A stretch of DNA of 64,000 nucleotides from the human T2T-CHM13v2.0 reference genome, Homo sapiens, in the NCBI RefSeq assembly GCF_009914755.1, contig NC_060948.1, one strand, 5' to 3'. This document shows positions 62,371 to 64,000 of the stretch, piece by piece. Position 1 is the stretch's first letter. Each line of letters begins with the position of its first letter. Position numbers and translations under genes: made by a program. Under the pieces are notes generated by a model that saw nothing but the letters and a program-made list of their open reading frames with translations, had not been told where the DNA came from and did not search any database.

Positions 62371-62815
62371 TGTAACAGAGAGAAGTTAGGTAGTTAGGGT
62401 GGATCCTTCACAAAAGAAACTCCTTTAAATGGAGAAACAGCCTGAAAAATCAGGCTGCAGGCACAGACAAAAAAACTTGTACAAATTTCAGGCCCACTGA
62501 GATGTAAAAAACAAGGCCCAACATAGAAATGCATTTGTTCTTTGTGCCTAAAGACTGGCCCACCACTACACTGATAAGGGAACAAGACCCAACATAGAAA
62601 CACCATTGTCCTTTTTGTAACCAGTGGGCTTCCAGAAAATAGTCCCTTCTTCTTTTGTGAGTATATACATGATGGGCTCTCATGGGTTCCAGTGGCCACT
62701 TTTCTTTTCTTTTTTGGATATCTTTTGGACTGTGAGCCAAGGAATTACAAATCATCACTTCAGCCTCTGATGGGTCCTGGGCCGTGCTTTTATTTCAACT
62801 CCTGATTGGTCCTGG
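62371..62815 (+). mobile_element. MER4-group ERV1 LTR fragment (MER66-related)
   Basis: caggctgcaggcacagac and atcacttcagcctctgat..gtcc repeats shared with the LTRs at 11953/27567. Confidence 0.65.
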
Positions 62816-62864
62816 ACATGAAGCTAGACATGAAACAGGACATGAAGCTAGACAACCAGTTAGA

Positions 62865-63255
62865 CCACAAATTCTCAGAAGGGAGTATGCTTAACCCTAA
62901 AGAGGCCTAGAAGAGCTGTGGCAAGATAAGGGATTTTATAGCCCTATCTCATCCATATGAACAGGTGCCACTAATGTGTCCATTTATAGGCTCTCCACAG
63001 GGGTTGCATTCCATTCCCAGAGCTATGAATATCTGCTTTTCTGGGCTAGGAATCTTGGTGATGTGAAGCCTCCCTGACTGCACATCCATTTACAGGCTCT
63101 CCACAGGGGGAATCACATCATGCACTGTTGGCTCATTCTGGCAGCCCAACCTGGCATTGTCTTTACACAATCCCACATGCAATTTTGTGTTTACAATAAT
63201 CAGGAGCATTTCGTCTTTTCTTCTGTAGCAACAGTTTCAGGGGGGTCTCCTTACA
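62865..63255 (-). mobile_element. LTR3-like (HERV-K HML-6) LTR fragment
   Basis: Reverse begins tgtaaggagacccccctgaaactgttgc...aaatgctcctgattattgtaaa. Confidence 0.55.
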
Positions 63256-64000
63256 GAGTCCCACCACTTGGGCTCTGACACCTCAGGGGATGATAATTCC
63301 CATTGCATTTAAGTTCCCTAATTGAGTGACTGTGGTTCCCTTCTGTTTGATCTGGCAGGCAAAGAACTATCACAGATGTGTTCAAAAATGCTGGTGCTTC
63401 CCTCACAAATCTATTTCATAGAGTATGTTTTCTGGGTCCTTCCAATTAGGACAAGTAGGTTTAAAGTGACAAATCTATTCTAGCATTGCAATCTTCCTAA
63501 GTTTTGGATCCCTTCATGAGTCACACTCTGAACCTCACTTCTAGGGACCTGCGGGGACTTGAGTTTAGTTCATGTCTAGAAGCAAGGAGAATTGGTAGAT
63601 GTGGGTTCTGAGGAGAATCAGCATTGTGTTGTCTGGCAACTATCTCAGGGAAGACCATTGCTTTTTTCCTTAGGCAATGCAGGGTTAATCTCTTCATAGA
63701 TGGAAAGGCTGATGGCAACTTGGGTGGGGTAAGAAATGTTGCCCACCACTGGAGCTGGGGAGGCTGCTTTTCTCTGGCAAAGAATTCTCATCAGAATTTA
63801 GCAGCTCAGTAACCCCAAAATCATCTGGGTCCTCACACATGTCCCCATCCCATGTTACAGAGTCCCATTTTAACCTAATCAGTGCTCTCTCTTTAACAGT
63901 AGACACTTGGTGAGCCTGAGCATCCACTTTTCACTGTAGGTCAGCCACTTGCATGATAAGAACTTGTGTCTGATTTTCCTCAATTTCAGCCATTTGTCTA
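63256..64000 (-). mobile_element. Second HERVL-int gag fragment
   Basis: Colinear with 57470-58490 but diverged; ORF 63694-63927 'QVSTVKERALIRLKWDSVTWDGD'. Confidence 0.85.

Overview
This is gene-free, very repeat-dense primate genomic DNA, almost certainly human because it contains an AluYb8 (a human-specific subfamily) at 32105-32416. Most of the window is nested retroelements: many L1 copies of different ages (L1M/L1PB/L1PA), Alus, MaLR/ERVL elements (MLT1, MLT2/HERVL, MST) and ERV1 LTRs. It also holds a ~16 kb MER4-group (MER66-like) provirus with a perfect tRNA-Gly primer-binding site, and this provirus carries a full-length ~6.03 kb L1PA2-like element. That L1 has disrupted ORF1/ORF2 but an intact antisense ORF0. 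There is one MER1A DNA transposon. No intact cellular protein-coding gene, RNA gene or CRISPR array is supported. The most interesting non-routine signals are: (i) a chain of AG/GT-bounded, partly phase-compatible short exon-like segments in the few non-repeat islands (8.2-9.5 kb and 44.8-50.7 kb), possibly a decayed multi-exon gene I cannot identify; (ii) a perfect 93-bp templated copy pasted 2 kb from its source into one of those segments; (iii) repeated L1 insertion into the same target site; (iv) a young-L1 ORF1 fragment inserted inverted at an old L1's ORF1/ORF2 junction. Subfamily names come from recalled consensus features, not a database search, and boundaries without a stated TSD are approximate.
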